A stretch of 64,000 nucleotides of DNA. Source: a virus. The stretch spans positions 17,470 through 81,469 of the IMG/VR virus record IMGVR_UViG_3300032297_000368. One strand, given 5' to 3'. The notes under the pieces are model-generated. The model saw only the letters and a program-made list of their open reading frames with translations, searched no databases and was not told the DNA's origin. The position numbers and the translations under genes are program-made. This document shows, piece after piece, positions 17,689 to 27,581 of the stretch (positions are counted from its first letter, which is position 1; every line of letters starts with the position of its first letter).

Positions 17689-19925
17689 ACGAATTTCTTA
17701 GCCTTAAAAGTTTGTAGGTTAATACCTTTACGTTTCAGTTCACCTTCTTTTTGATCGCCAATACTCATAGTTGTTTCATCACCAGTCATCTCAGTAACTT
17801 GTGATGCCTTACCATCTTTCTTACGAATCTTTTCACCTGTATCACGAGCAATGCTTTCACCAGATGCCGCCATAGAAAGACCTGGTTCTATGTTCTTGTC
17901 TATGGATTCGGCGATTTTGGCTTTCTGCCTTTGCCTGATTTCGATGAGTGAGAGTTTTTCTCGTTGCTCGTTGTAGTTTTGTGGCTTGGCGATTTCGGTT
18001 TGTTTTGATACGTTTTCTTCGGGGTGTATGTCTTTTTTGGCTGGTCGATAGGCTTTAAATTTGGCTCTGATCGAGTCTGCTGCTGGGGTTGAGACGGTTG
18101 GATCGGTGTTGCTTCCGTCTGTTCCGTCTTCTTGAATAGTTTCTTTACGAAATCTAGCATCTTCATTCTCCTTTATTTTAACAATGTAGCCAGTTTTATG
18201 TTTCATCACTTCACCATTTTTTAGGTGAGCTTCTTTTGCTGCAGCTCTACGTAACATAAACACTCTCAATTTACCTTTACCATCACGTAGTAGTTTAACT
18301 TTTTCATCCAACAATTCAACATCTTCATCAACAAACAATTCTTCAAACTCTTCATTAACTTTCTTTCTTGGTTTCTTTGTCATTGATGTACCTGGAGTTG
18401 GAACTGAACCTGCTTCTTTTGGATCTTCTTTTGGTATTTCAACCAACTTACCATTAACTGAATGATGTGTAACTTTACCATTTCTACCATAACGGCCAAA
18501 TCCATAATAAGTTAATCCCATAGTATTCATCTTATCTTTATGTGGATTTTCTGGATGTGCAGCCATTGTTGTTTTACTTGGTGATGGTGCAGCAGACAAT
18601 CTATCTTTACGTGACATCTCATGTGCAATCCATTCTTCAGCCTTAGGATTGGCAGCAGGTTGTTGTGTGAATTCACGGACACTTTTGAAAATGTCCATCA
18701 TCTCACCTTTCTTTTGTTTAACAACTTCGGGTGGTGCTGATCTTAAATCTTCCGAATTATCAAACTCATGGTAATTATCACCAAACATTTTAGCATATTC
18801 AGTACGAGCATTCTGTACGCTTTCCCATTTTTCACGGCGAATGTTTTCTGGTACAGTACGACCACCACGTTGTCCACGTTCAATGTTTCTCTGTTGCGAG
18901 ACTTCATCTTTAGTATTAACTAGAACCATCTTGGAGTCATATCCAAGTTCTTCCAAACGTTTTTTGATCTTAGTAACTTTCTCTACATCATCACCTGTAC
19001 CATTGATGATAAGACCATTTCTACCTAATAGTGCCAATCGTTGGCGCAATTCGGTCATACTCTTTGCTTTACCACGAACAAGATTTCTTTTCTCTTCTTC
19101 ACTTGCCGGCATTTTCTTATCAAGACCATTTTTATCCATTAAGAATTCTAATGCCTTATCTGAATTGATCTCTGTCAATCCATGGCCTGATAGTGTGTTA
19201 TCTAACACATAGTCTTTACCAGAACCAGGTCCCCCAGCAAGAAATACTACTTTAAAGATTGATTGATCGTGAACACCTTCATTCAATAAACTTTCAAACT
19301 TGGTGTTGATATCTTCATGTAAGCTCATACCTTTATGTACATCATGCATTAATTCTTTTGCATGTTTATCTGATACATGTGCAGGTACACCTTTACGGAA
19401 AGATTTGAAATCATTGTTCTTAACATGTTCACGCATCTTTGTACCAGAAATGCCTGTATCACCTTCAGCATCCGGATCTCTTGTACCTGCGGAATGTATT
19501 GTGATCTTTTTGAAATGAAATGGTACTTTGCCTTCTTTGTTAGGTTTACCATTTAGTTCTTTGAATTTTTGTTTGTACTCGGGTACACGATCTGAACCTG
19601 CAACAACATGTAGATGTGTTACGCCACTCTTATGCAATTCAGCGGCATGTGAGAAAATGGTAGGATTTTCTTTACTAGAGGCTTTTATGTTGGCACCTGG
19701 AGCATAACGCTTTAAATGCTTAACTTTTTGTTCGCCAGATAATGGATTCTTTTTAGAATCTTGTGAGTGAGATACAATCATATGATGTTCGCCACCTACG
19801 TCTTTGGCAACATCTTGCACCTTATTAATAACTTTAAGGTGACCAGTGGTTGGTGGGTTCATACGACCGTAAGCTAATACGGCGTGTTTTTCTTTCTGTT
19901 CGACCAGAAAATCTTTGAAATTCAT
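17685..19925 (-). CDS. Multidomain protein: cytidyltransferase-like (HxGH/TxGH) nucleotidyltransferase + P-loop kinase (Pnk/zeta-like) + charged tail
   Basis: GRMNPPTTGH, VAGSDR, ISGTKMR; then LAGGPGSGKD and RNIERGQRGGRTVP lid; N-terminus MNFKDFLVE. Confidence 0.8.
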   Translation of the reverse strand: MNFKDFLVEQKEKHAVLAYGRMNPPTTGHLKVINKVQDVAKDVGGEHHMIVSHSQDSKKNPLSGEQKVKHLKRYAPGANIKASSKENPTIFSHAAELHKSGVTHLHVVAGSDRVPEYKQKFKELNGKPNKEGKVPFHFKKITIHSAGTRDPDAEGDTGISGTKMREHVKNNDFKSFRKGVPAHVSDKHAKELMHDVHKGMSLHEDINTKFESLLNEGVHDQSIFKVVFLAGGPGSGKDYVLDNTLSGHGLTEINSDKALEFLMDKNGLDKKMPASEEEKRNLVRGKAKSMTELRQRLALLGRNGLIINGTGDDVEKVTKIKKRLEELGYDSKMVLVNTKDEVSQQRNIERGQRGGRTVPENIRREKWESVQNARTEYAKMFGDNYHEFDNSEDLRSAPPEVVKQKKGEMMDIFKSVREFTQQPAANPKAEEWIAHEMSRKDRLSAAPSPSKTTMAAHPENPHKDKMNTMGLTYYGFGRYGRNGKVTHHSVNGKLVEIPKEDPKEAGSVPTPGTSMTKKPRKKVNEEFEELFVDEDVELLDEKVKLLRDGKGKLRVFMLRRAAAKEAHLKNGEVMKHKTGYIVKIKENEDARFRKETIQEDGTDGSNTDPTVSTPAADSIRAKFKAYRPAKKDIHPEENVSKQTEIAKPQNYNEQREKLSLIEIRQRQKAKIAESIDKNIEPGLSMAASGESIARDTGEKIRKKDGKASQVTEMTGDETTMSIGDQKEGELKRKGINLQTFKAKKFV

Positions 19926-19968
19926 GTCTGCCTCTACAGCAAAAAATATATTAAATTTTACTATCTAT

Positions 19969-20676
19969 TTAGTATATTTCTACTTTTCCTGTACTGGCCA
20001 TGGTGCCTTGGCAGTGAATATTTTCTAATTCTAACAGATATTTTTTGTCAATATTATACCAATGTGCATGTTCCGTGTCAACACCTTGCGTTTGTACATC
20101 GTTTAGATTTTTCTGGCAAACTTGCAGATAGTCGTCAAACAAAGATATACAGAAAGAAAACAATCTGGTAATTAGAAGATTCGAGTATATCTGTTGTCTC
20201 TTGTCCGTTATCCATGTTGGCATGGCTTTCTTGAACACATACTTACCAAACTTATCATGTTCTAGTGCATCGAATTGATCTAACAGGTTTGTACGTGCCG
20301 ACAATTTAAAGATTCGTTTGACTGAACTTAACTCTTTCATCAAATCCACATTACGTTTGAATATGATTAGAGTTTTAAGTATCAGTACATTTTCAGCCTC
20401 GCTCTTTCGACCTGTAGAAGCAAACTGTGTAATATCAGGATCAGTTGACATATCTAATATCACATCACAATAATGTGCAATTCTATCGTAAGTTTCACGG
20501 TCAACTTTATTAGGAGAACCATCAGTAAATACAATCATATCATGTGGACATTTTTCACGTAATGATTTAAGACCTTCTATTGTTTGTTGTAGTCGATCTT
20601 CATTGTTAATGACACCCATATTAGGATTCAAAGCAGATGTCACAATAAACAGATTTCTATTTAAAAGAATACTCAT
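19969..20676 (-). CDS. Hypothetical protein, possible glycosyltransferase-like
   Basis: IVTSAL...RLQQT...FKLSAR pattern; last gene of the sugar cluster. Confidence 0.55.
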   Translation of the reverse strand: MSILLNRNLFIVTSALNPNMGVINNEDRLQQTIEGLKSLREKCPHDMIVFTDGSPNKVDRETYDRIAHYCDVILDMSTDPDITQFASTGRKSEAENVLILKTLIIFKRNVDLMKELSSVKRIFKLSARTNLLDQFDALEHDKFGKYVFKKAMPTWITDKRQQIYSNLLITRLFSFCISLFDDYLQVCQKNLNDVQTQGVDTEHAHWYNIDKKYLLELENIHCQGTMASTGKVEIY

Positions 20677-21680
20677 AGTTTTATTTTTCTCATGGTGTCT
20701 ATCATCAAAGATTCTATGTCTGTATTAGGTTTCCAACCCAATATTTCTTTTGCCTTGTCATAAGAACCTAAGGCAAACTTATTAACTTCTCGTTCTAATA
20801 CTTCAGGCTTCAAAGTCTTCTCACCTTCATTCAGTACAGGATAACCTGACCAGAATTTGGTCGATGGATTAAATGTAGGTTTAATTGGTTCTTGAAATGC
20901 GGATTCAGCATAACCTATAATATCTCTAACTGAAGTTAATGTATTGGTGCATACATTAAAGATTTCATTCTTAGCTTCTTCTTTAGATAAGCATAACTCA
21001 ATCAGATTAACTACATCATCAACGTGTACATAATCTCGAACTTGTTTACCGTTTGAATAGAATACTGGATCTTTACCATTGATAATCGTCTTTGCGATAT
21101 AGTTAATCAAAGGTGGAGATTCACGATGAATGTCTTGTCTAGGACCAAATACATTGAAGAATCTTAGTGTAACGATATCCATGTCATAGTTCTTGATGTA
21201 TGATTGAATAACTTCTTCCATCAACTTCTTAGATAATGGATAGAATAATCGAGGTGTTACTTCTATATCTTCATCGAATGGTGCATCGAGTCTGCTATTG
21301 TTTTCGTATATTGCTGAAGTACTTGCAACAATAACTCTCTGGCCTCTAGACTTTCGAACTGCATCTAGTATCGATGCTGTACCTGCAACATTAACTTTGA
21401 TACACTCGGCAGGATCACTTTCACATACAGGCAATGCTGTTATAGCTGCAAGGTGAATGACTACATCGATCTTATGTTTCTCTAAAATGAAAAACATCTT
21501 AGCACTTTCTAAGATATCATCTTGGTAGAAATCACATATCATTTCACCATCTTCGATTAGGTTTGCTATGTAACCATTGTTGAGATTATCAACAACAACT
21601 GGAGTATGGCCATTATTTTTCAATAGTAGTGCTAGAGTAGAACCTATACCACCTGCACCACCAGTAATTAATATATTCAA
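20673..21680 (-). CDS. NAD-dependent nucleotide-sugar epimerase/dehydratase
   Basis: ITGGAGGIG, HLAA, YPLSK (YxxxK), RFFNVFGP, RDYVHVDD. Confidence 0.93.
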   Translation of the reverse strand: MNILITGGAGGIGSTLALLLKNNGHTPVVVDNLNNGYIANLIEDGEMICDFYQDDILESAKMFFILEKHKIDVVIHLAAITALPVCESDPAECIKVNVAGTASILDAVRKSRGQRVIVASTSAIYENNSRLDAPFDEDIEVTPRLFYPLSKKLMEEVIQSYIKNYDMDIVTLRFFNVFGPRQDIHRESPPLINYIAKTIINGKDPVFYSNGKQVRDYVHVDDVVNLIELCLSKEEAKNEIFNVCTNTLTSVRDIIGYAESAFQEPIKPTFNPSTKFWSGYPVLNEGEKTLKPEVLEREVNKFALGSYDKAKEILGWKPNTDIESLMIDTMRKIKL

Positions 21681-22696
21681 ATCAAGTCCTTCAATTGGTC
21701 AGAATCACGAGGTATGTTTACTGCTACTGCTGTTGGGTATGGATTAGTTTTAGCGTAATCATTAATCAAGATACGTTTTGAATGATGTACTTCCATAATC
21801 AAATCACAATCGGCAAAACCTAAATCATCTAATAGATTTCTAGTAATAGATTCATACTTTTTATTTCTTGCCGTACAGAAGATGATCTTACAACCTTCTT
21901 CTTTCTTTTGAATTAACTTCTGTACATTCTCCATGATTGGTTCATAATCATCATAGTAATCATTTTGAGTCTTGATTATTGTACCATCGATGTCGCAGAA
22001 ATAAGTAGGTTTATCATTGAATTTAAACCAATCATCGGCAGTACCAACATCAATAAAGTTTCTGGTATTTTGTTCTACGAATACACTGCCTGTAGATATC
22101 ATGTAATCGATAATATTAGATACGAATATCTCACTCTTCCATGTAGATGTTAGTAATCTATAAGCACGAGCAAAATCAGCCGCAGACTTAAACTGATAAC
22201 CACCTACACAAAAACTATCACTCACAATTTTCTTTTCAACTACTGAACTGATAATGTTTTGTTCATTAGTAATCGTATAACTTTTGGCTGGTGCGTTTCT
22301 TATATCAGGATTTTCAGATAACTTAGATACATAGATGGCATTTCCTTCTACCAAATCTGTATCATAAAAACCATCACAGTCTTTAATTAATATCGGTGAA
22401 TTCATATTGATTGCACCAGTCATCAACGTTTGATAAACTGTATCAGCAGGACCGGCAGTTGGTTGACCTAGAACAACAATACTAACCTTATCACCAAAAG
22501 CATCTTTCAATTTCTGTGAGGCCTTATACTTGTCATCATGCGCTCTCAGAATCGTAATAACAATCCTGTGTTTACCTAAGAAGTTTTTAATGGCATTTTC
22601 AATCATCATCTTACCCGAATAATCGGTAAGTAGATACTTTGGCCTCATATTCGGGAATCTGGTCGATAGACCAGCACATGGCATAATTATTTCCAT
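21677..22696 (-). CDS. Sugar-phosphate nucleotidyltransferase fused to a HAD phosphatase
   Basis: MPCAGLSTRF...PKYLL, DCD, DVGT; C-terminal CDIDGT...TAR...IND. Confidence 0.85.
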   Translation of the reverse strand: MEIIMPCAGLSTRFPNMRPKYLLTDYSGKMMIENAIKNFLGKHRIVITILRAHDDKYKASQKLKDAFGDKVSIVVLGQPTAGPADTVYQTLMTGAINMNSPILIKDCDGFYDTDLVEGNAIYVSKLSENPDIRNAPAKSYTITNEQNIISSVVEKKIVSDSFCVGGYQFKSAADFARAYRLLTSTWKSEIFVSNIIDYMISTGSVFVEQNTRNFIDVGTADDWFKFNDKPTYFCDIDGTIIKTQNDYYDDYEPIMENVQKLIQKKEEGCKIIFCTARNKKYESITRNLLDDLGFADCDLIMEVHHSKRILINDYAKTNPYPTAVAVNIPRDSDQLKDLI

Positions 22697-23430
22697 AATT
22701 TCTTTATCTCATCTATCAAAAATTTTTCGTCAGTATCATTTCGTGTATATGGTAATACTCTCATCAACATCAAGATTAAAATATAATCATTATTAAAATG
22801 AGGATAATCTTGTAATCCATCAATTATAGATTGTAGTTTAGAATCTAAGTAAACTGAATCATTACGTATGAACCATTTACATTGTAAGTCTTGTCTTAGT
22901 TTTGCTAAGTCGAAAACAAATGAACTATAAACAGTTGTTAATGGATCAATTAAAACAAATTCATTCTTTTGTGTATTGTATAATACATTCTCTAGAGTAA
23001 AATCACCATGATACTCAGAATAAGGTAAATACTCTGGTAACTTACCAATTAATTCTTCTGTAGTAAAAGGTAAGTTGTATTGTGTAAAATCTTTCTCTGC
23101 TAACTTAGTTCTATAAACATCAACAAAACTCATCTCTATAGTCTTTTCAGATAGTTTGTCTATAGTTTCCCTAATGAATTTTATTATCTCATTAGTTTGA
23201 TTAGTTGCAAGATAAGTTTTCATATCTAGATTAGGAATATACTCCATATTATAATGAGTGTCAAGAACCTCATATATAATTGGTATTTTTATACCTAAAT
23301 GTGACAATACATCATATCTCTCCAAATTGCGAGAAATATCTCCAGACTTACGGACAAATATTCCGTTGTCATCTACTAATTCAACTTCAGCTTTAGAGTA
23401 TCCCATAAATTTTTTTAGTCTTTTTGCCAA
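22687..23430 (-). CDS. APH/choline-kinase-like phosphotransferase
   Basis: HGDFTLENV, LIDP and DLAKLRQD motifs. Confidence 0.8.
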   Translation of the reverse strand: MAKRLKKFMGYSKAEVELVDDNGIFVRKSGDISRNLERYDVLSHLGIKIPIIYEVLDTHYNMEYIPNLDMKTYLATNQTNEIIKFIRETIDKLSEKTIEMSFVDVYRTKLAEKDFTQYNLPFTTEELIGKLPEYLPYSEYHGDFTLENVLYNTQKNEFVLIDPLTTVYSSFVFDLAKLRQDLQCKWFIRNDSVYLDSKLQSIIDGLQDYPHFNNDYILILMLMRVLPYTRNDTDEKFLIDEIKKLWK

Positions 23431-24125
23431 TTTTCAAAATCGTCCCGTATCAAAGAGTGCCATGTGCCGTTATGGGGACCTGGTGGAAAAGGATGATTTG
23501 GATTAAAATACACCAAGTTATGACCAACAAGACCTTTTTCTTTCCAGTTGGCACTCATCATATCTTCACCGATCATTGTAACGCCATCATCGTAATGTCT
23601 ATCAATGTTATTAAACGAATCTGCATAACTGTTCATATGTCGTGATGAAGAGAATGCAAATTGGTCATTACCAAAATCACGGTCAGGTGTCATTCGACAA
23701 TTTGGTATATACAGTTTAGAATCATCTAGTGTTTCAAATGGTATGACAACATTCAAAGCAAAGTCATATCGACTGCGAACAACCCAATCAAAATACATTT
23801 TATGTTCATGTTCATACTCCATCTTCAACTCATTAGCCTTCATCAAGGCATATTGTTGATTCCAAGTTGCACGTGCCGGATCTTTTACTTTCCAATTTGG
23901 TTGTGGAGGAGGAACTCTGGTGTATTTTGATAGATCATTATCTAGCGATGCCTCAACAGCAAACTTTGCAGGTTTGTATAGTTCGAATATATCTTTGGCC
24001 TTTGGTGTTTGCCATACATGACAGAATACGGTAACATCATAACGATCTAATAAATTCTTTTTATGATATTCAAACCCTTGTTCGAAACACCTAGGTTGTC
24101 CTGATAAACATAATGCAATTTTCAT
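23415..24125 (-). CDS. Putative glycosyltransferase (IALCLSGQPR family)
   Basis: KIALCLSGQPR, DWVVRSRYD, NDQFAF. Confidence 0.7.
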   Translation of the reverse strand: MKIALCLSGQPRCFEQGFEYHKKNLLDRYDVTVFCHVWQTPKAKDIFELYKPAKFAVEASLDNDLSKYTRVPPPQPNWKVKDPARATWNQQYALMKANELKMEYEHEHKMYFDWVVRSRYDFALNVVIPFETLDDSKLYIPNCRMTPDRDFGNDQFAFSSSRHMNSYADSFNNIDRHYDDGVTMIGEDMMSANWKEKGLVGHNLVYFNPNHPFPPGPHNGTWHSLIRDDFENWQKD

Positions 24126-24823
24126 TTGTAGAATCTTTCAAAAACTTCTTCATTAATTTTATAATTACGATCTGATGGTAAATTAGTCCTACACAAAGTA
24201 TAGTAACTATTCACATCACTAAATTGCTCTTCTTGTGATATTAAATGTATCTCAGAAGGATCAATATACTGTATCAGTTTATTATATAGTCCATGTGTAT
24301 CATGTGACATTGCAGAATCTCTATATGCACCGTAAGATTCGTGTAGAGATTTCTTCACAATACTGGTCATTCTTTGTGGCCACACATAAAAATTATCTGT
24401 AGTATATCTTAAATCATTCCAATGGTTTGATTCTGGAAATAGAAAGTTAAATTTATTCACATCTATATTTTCATCTAACATAACTCTATTAAAGTGTATA
24501 TCAGAACGAGTTAAGATAAACAAGTCTGCATCTACAGTCTCTAATAAATCTAATGCGCCACTCTTTGTGGTGAATCCATCAGAGTTCTCAAACTTACAGT
24601 AATTAATCTCTTTAGGTTTTACTAAATCTACTATATCGGCTTCTATCAAAGGATTAAATGATTTGTATGTTGAAAGATATAATTCAACTTCATGACCACT
24701 TTGTATGGCAGGATCAACTAAATTCTTTTTGATATTTGGCCAACAATGACGAAGGTCTCTGAGACTGCCGAACTTGCCGCCAGTCCCGTAGATTATACCA
24801 AAAAGACAGATTGCTATTCTCAT
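24122..24823 (-). CDS. Putative glycosyltransferase, distant paralog of 23415-24125
   Basis: RIAICLFG, ILTRSD, TDNFYV. Confidence 0.6.
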   Translation of the reverse strand: MRIAICLFGIIYGTGGKFGSLRDLRHCWPNIKKNLVDPAIQSGHEVELYLSTYKSFNPLIEADIVDLVKPKEINYCKFENSDGFTTKSGALDLLETVDADLFILTRSDIHFNRVMLDENIDVNKFNFLFPESNHWNDLRYTTDNFYVWPQRMTSIVKKSLHESYGAYRDSAMSHDTHGLYNKLIQYIDPSEIHLISQEEQFSDVNSYYTLCRTNLPSDRNYKINEEVFERFYK

Positions 24824-25389
24824 TTAACCCAATACCAAACATCACATTCGGTGGTCAAGATTTCTTTACCCATCTTGGCAGCAAATTCTTTTACTGCCTT
24901 ATTAACACCAGGTATTACAGTGAAATCATGTCCTGCAAATATACCACCATCTTTTACTTTTGAATAATAGTTTGCACAATCTATAGAGAGTTGCTCGTAA
25001 GTATGTAAACCATCAATAAAAATATAATCAAAAAAAGAATCATTTAAAAGTCCCACAGCCTCATCAGAAGTTTTTTTATAAAAATTAAATCTTTCACCAA
25101 AAGGTAATAGACGTTGCATTGCGGTATCAAAGACTTCATTTCGATTGTCTAAGTTTCTACCATTCCAATCAACATAAGTCATGTAAGGATCAATGACATG
25201 TAATGTTAATTGTGGTAAACTGGATAACATGAAGTGTGAAGTATCTCCTATATCACATCCAATTTCTAAACCAACAATTGATTCTCTATCTTTAACTAAG
25301 TCACGTAGTCCATAACCAGAACATTTCATCTCTGTTGCTGGTCGGCCAAATGCTTCATGCTCGGTGTTAATTGTAATTGTATCACTCAT
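24820..25389 (-). CDS. Class I SAM-dependent methyltransferase (Methyltransf_24-like)
   Basis: LEIGCDIG, IDPY, FIDGLHTYE, GGIFAGHDF. Confidence 0.88.
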   Translation of the reverse strand: MSDTITINTEHEAFGRPATEMKCSGYGLRDLVKDRESIVGLEIGCDIGDTSHFMLSSLPQLTLHVIDPYMTYVDWNGRNLDNRNEVFDTAMQRLLPFGERFNFYKKTSDEAVGLLNDSFFDYIFIDGLHTYEQLSIDCANYYSKVKDGGIFAGHDFTVIPGVNKAVKEFAAKMGKEILTTECDVWYWVK

Positions 25390-26224
25390 ATTTTGCCTCT
25401 ATAATTTTTTTCCATTCAGGTACACGATCATATTGATGCACTATTACATATTCTTTTCCTTCAGATGTAACAACTTTATCGCCTTCTAATTTAGGAGTTG
25501 CCTCTACTAAGAAAGGTTTGAATTGTTCTATCTTACTAGGATCAGCAGTAGTTCCTAATTGACATGCCCATCCATCTTCTGAAGTCATGTACATACTACT
25601 CTTCAAATAAGGATGTTGTGATATCAATACATTAAATGTAGATTGATCTACAATAGGAATTGGACGATTGATTGATGATAAGAAGATGTTTAATGCTAAA
25701 GACTTCATAGCATAACCACGGCCTGCCAATACACCAACGTTGAATATAACATTGTTCTTGAAGTGATCGTGAATCATAGGACCGAAAGTCTCTAATAGAT
25801 TCTGATTGCCCCATGGTTCATCTTTGTAACGAATGCTTTCAGAAGAGAATACTAAGTCTTCAGATGAACCATCTGGTAGATGTTGTTCTAACCATTCAAC
25901 AGGATTTTTCTGAAAGATAACGTCTTTAACATCAGTGGTAATAACATACCGATAGTCTTGTGATTTTAATGTATTGTAGATGTGAATGAATCTTTCAACG
26001 TGTACCATCAATTGAGATTGATACACTAAGTTTCCATTATCATCTTGTTGAAATGCAATAACACTGAAACCAGCATTACTGACTTGTTGAACTGTTTCTT
26101 TATCACAATTCATAAGAATCAGGACTTTATCGCCTTCAAATCCTGATTTATTAATTGAATTAACCCAATACTTCAGTTTCGACCAATCATAGTTAGTCGA
26201 ACATCCTATAATCAAATCCTTCAT
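25382..26224 (-). CDS. Putative GT-A glycosyltransferase
   Basis: TDVKDVIFQKNP, NVGVLAG, DQSTFN, VHQYDR. Confidence 0.7.
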   Translation of the reverse strand: MKDLIIGCSTNYDWSKLKYWVNSINKSGFEGDKVLILMNCDKETVQQVSNAGFSVIAFQQDDNGNLVYQSQLMVHVERFIHIYNTLKSQDYRYVITTDVKDVIFQKNPVEWLEQHLPDGSSEDLVFSSESIRYKDEPWGNQNLLETFGPMIHDHFKNNVIFNVGVLAGRGYAMKSLALNIFLSSINRPIPIVDQSTFNVLISQHPYLKSSMYMTSEDGWACQLGTTADPSKIEQFKPFLVEATPKLEGDKVVTSEGKEYVIVHQYDRVPEWKKIIEAKYE

Positions 26225-26237
26225 AATAACTCCAATT

Positions 26238-26972
26238 TTAATTTACATATTTTCTAAATCTTTTGATACTTTGACCTGGTGTTCCTTTTATATAGTTATC
26301 TCGTAGCTCTGGTCTTCCATCTTCACCCGCACCAGCCTTAGATACGAACTCTTGTTCTTCTTTAATAGTTCTAATAGAACCATTATGACTTGCTAGATAT
26401 GCTGAAAACTGTACATCTGGAAATTCTTTCTTCATTGCCAACATTGCTGTCAAATTACTCATAGCATCATCAAACAAACGAACTCTACTAAATTTACCAT
26501 ACTTTAAATATTTACGTATGATCTTAACTTTGTTTTCTGCACTAGGGTTATTACCTAGATTACCTGCACGTTCAACATAAACTTTATCCATATCAACACC
26601 GTGTTGCCTGAATGTATCTAGGAACAAATGTTTATTGTCGAAATCGGAACGTGCTGTGATTATTATAACACGACTATTGGATTTATTCGAGACATTTTTT
26701 AAAATACTCTTCAACTTTGCCATCATTCGTGGTATAACTTTTGATTCTTTATTGAACTTCTCAGCATCTCTAAACTGACTGTAATCAAATGATTCGCCAG
26801 CTTTAAGTTTATATGTATTAAACTCTTGATTAGTCAATTCTTTAATGACTTTACCAGATTTAATAACGGCAATCTTTGCTGTTGTTTGGAATAAAGTCTC
26901 ATCAATATCAAATATGGTAAGTCCACCACCTTCTTCGATAGACTCATTTAAAAATTGTGTGAAGTTTTTCAT
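26238..26972 (-). CDS. HAD-family phosphatase (Pnkp-phosphatase-like) with a capsid-targeting-like N-terminus
   Basis: FDIDETL, ITAR, K and LFDD motifs I-IV. True start probably MKNFTQFLNES at 26972, just after the erpA stop. Confidence 0.8.
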   Translation of the reverse strand: MKNFTQFLNESIEEGGGLTIFDIDETLFQTTAKIAVIKSGKVIKELTNQEFNTYKLKAGESFDYSQFRDAEKFNKESKVIPRMMAKLKSILKNVSNKSNSRVIIITARSDFDNKHLFLDTFRQHGVDMDKVYVERAGNLGNNPSAENKVKIIRKYLKYGKFSRVRLFDDAMSNLTAMLAMKKEFPDVQFSAYLASHNGSIRTIKEEQEFVSKAGAGEDGRPELRDNYIKGTPGQSIKRFRKYVN

Positions 26973-26977
26973 TTTTA

Positions 26978-27298
26978 TTATACTGTGAATGATGATCCAC
27001 AACCGCAACTTGCTTTTGCGTTTGGATTATTTACTACGAATTGAGAAGATGTCATATCTTTTTTGAAGTCTATGGTTGCTTCATTTAAATATTGCATTGA
27101 TATTGCATCTACTAAAACTTTAATGCCGTGTTGTTCAAATGATAGATCATCTTCTGAAGCCTGTTCTTCAATTGTAAACCCATATTGAAAACCAGAACAA
27201 CCACCACCTTGAACAAATACACGCAATGAACCTGGAGTATCTTCATCTTCTAAAATACTTTTTATTTGTTTTGCTGCCGATTCTGTAATCTGTATCAC
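26978..27298 (-). CDS. erpA: A-type Fe-S cluster carrier (ErpA/IscA)
   Basis: LRVFVQGGGCSGFQYGF...NPNAKASCGCGSSF. Confidence 0.93.
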   Translation of the reverse strand: MIQITESAAKQIKSILEDEDTPGSLRVFVQGGGCSGFQYGFTIEEQASEDDLSFEQHGIKVLVDAISMQYLNEATIDFKKDMTSSQFVVNNPNAKASCGCGSSFTV

Positions 27299-27299
27299 A

Positions 27300-27581
27300 T
27301 TAACCTCTCGTTAGATTCAATATCTTTTGTATTTGAGTCTCTAATGTTTCTTTACGGTTTGGCCATTTAATGATTGGTTGATCTGCCGTCTTTAATAATT
27401 TAGTTAAGAAAGGCAATATTAATTTCTCGACTTGTTGTAAACGTTCTTTATATTCTTCTGCCGTTTCTTCTTTCTCGGCAATTACATCTGTATATTCTTC
27501 TTCATCTATTGCTGTGAATCCGAAATCATCATCAGCAAATTCATCAATAATTTTACTTAGGTCAAATTTCTTTTCAGCCAT
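27300..27581 (-). CDS. Hypothetical protein
   Basis: DDFGFTAID...PFLTKL...IKWPNR; translationally coupled. Confidence 0.65.
   Translation of the reverse strand: MAEKKFDLSKIIDEFADDDFGFTAIDEEEYTDVIAEKEETAEEYKERLQQVEKLILPFLTKLLKTADQPIIKWPNRKETLETQIQKILNLTRG

Noticed and set aside
19969-26224. Hydroxymethylcytosine glucosylation/arabinosylation cluster
   Set aside because: No dCMP hydroxymethylase or dCTPase was recognised in the window, and the cluster lies among late genes. It cannot be fully excluded without the rest of the genome.
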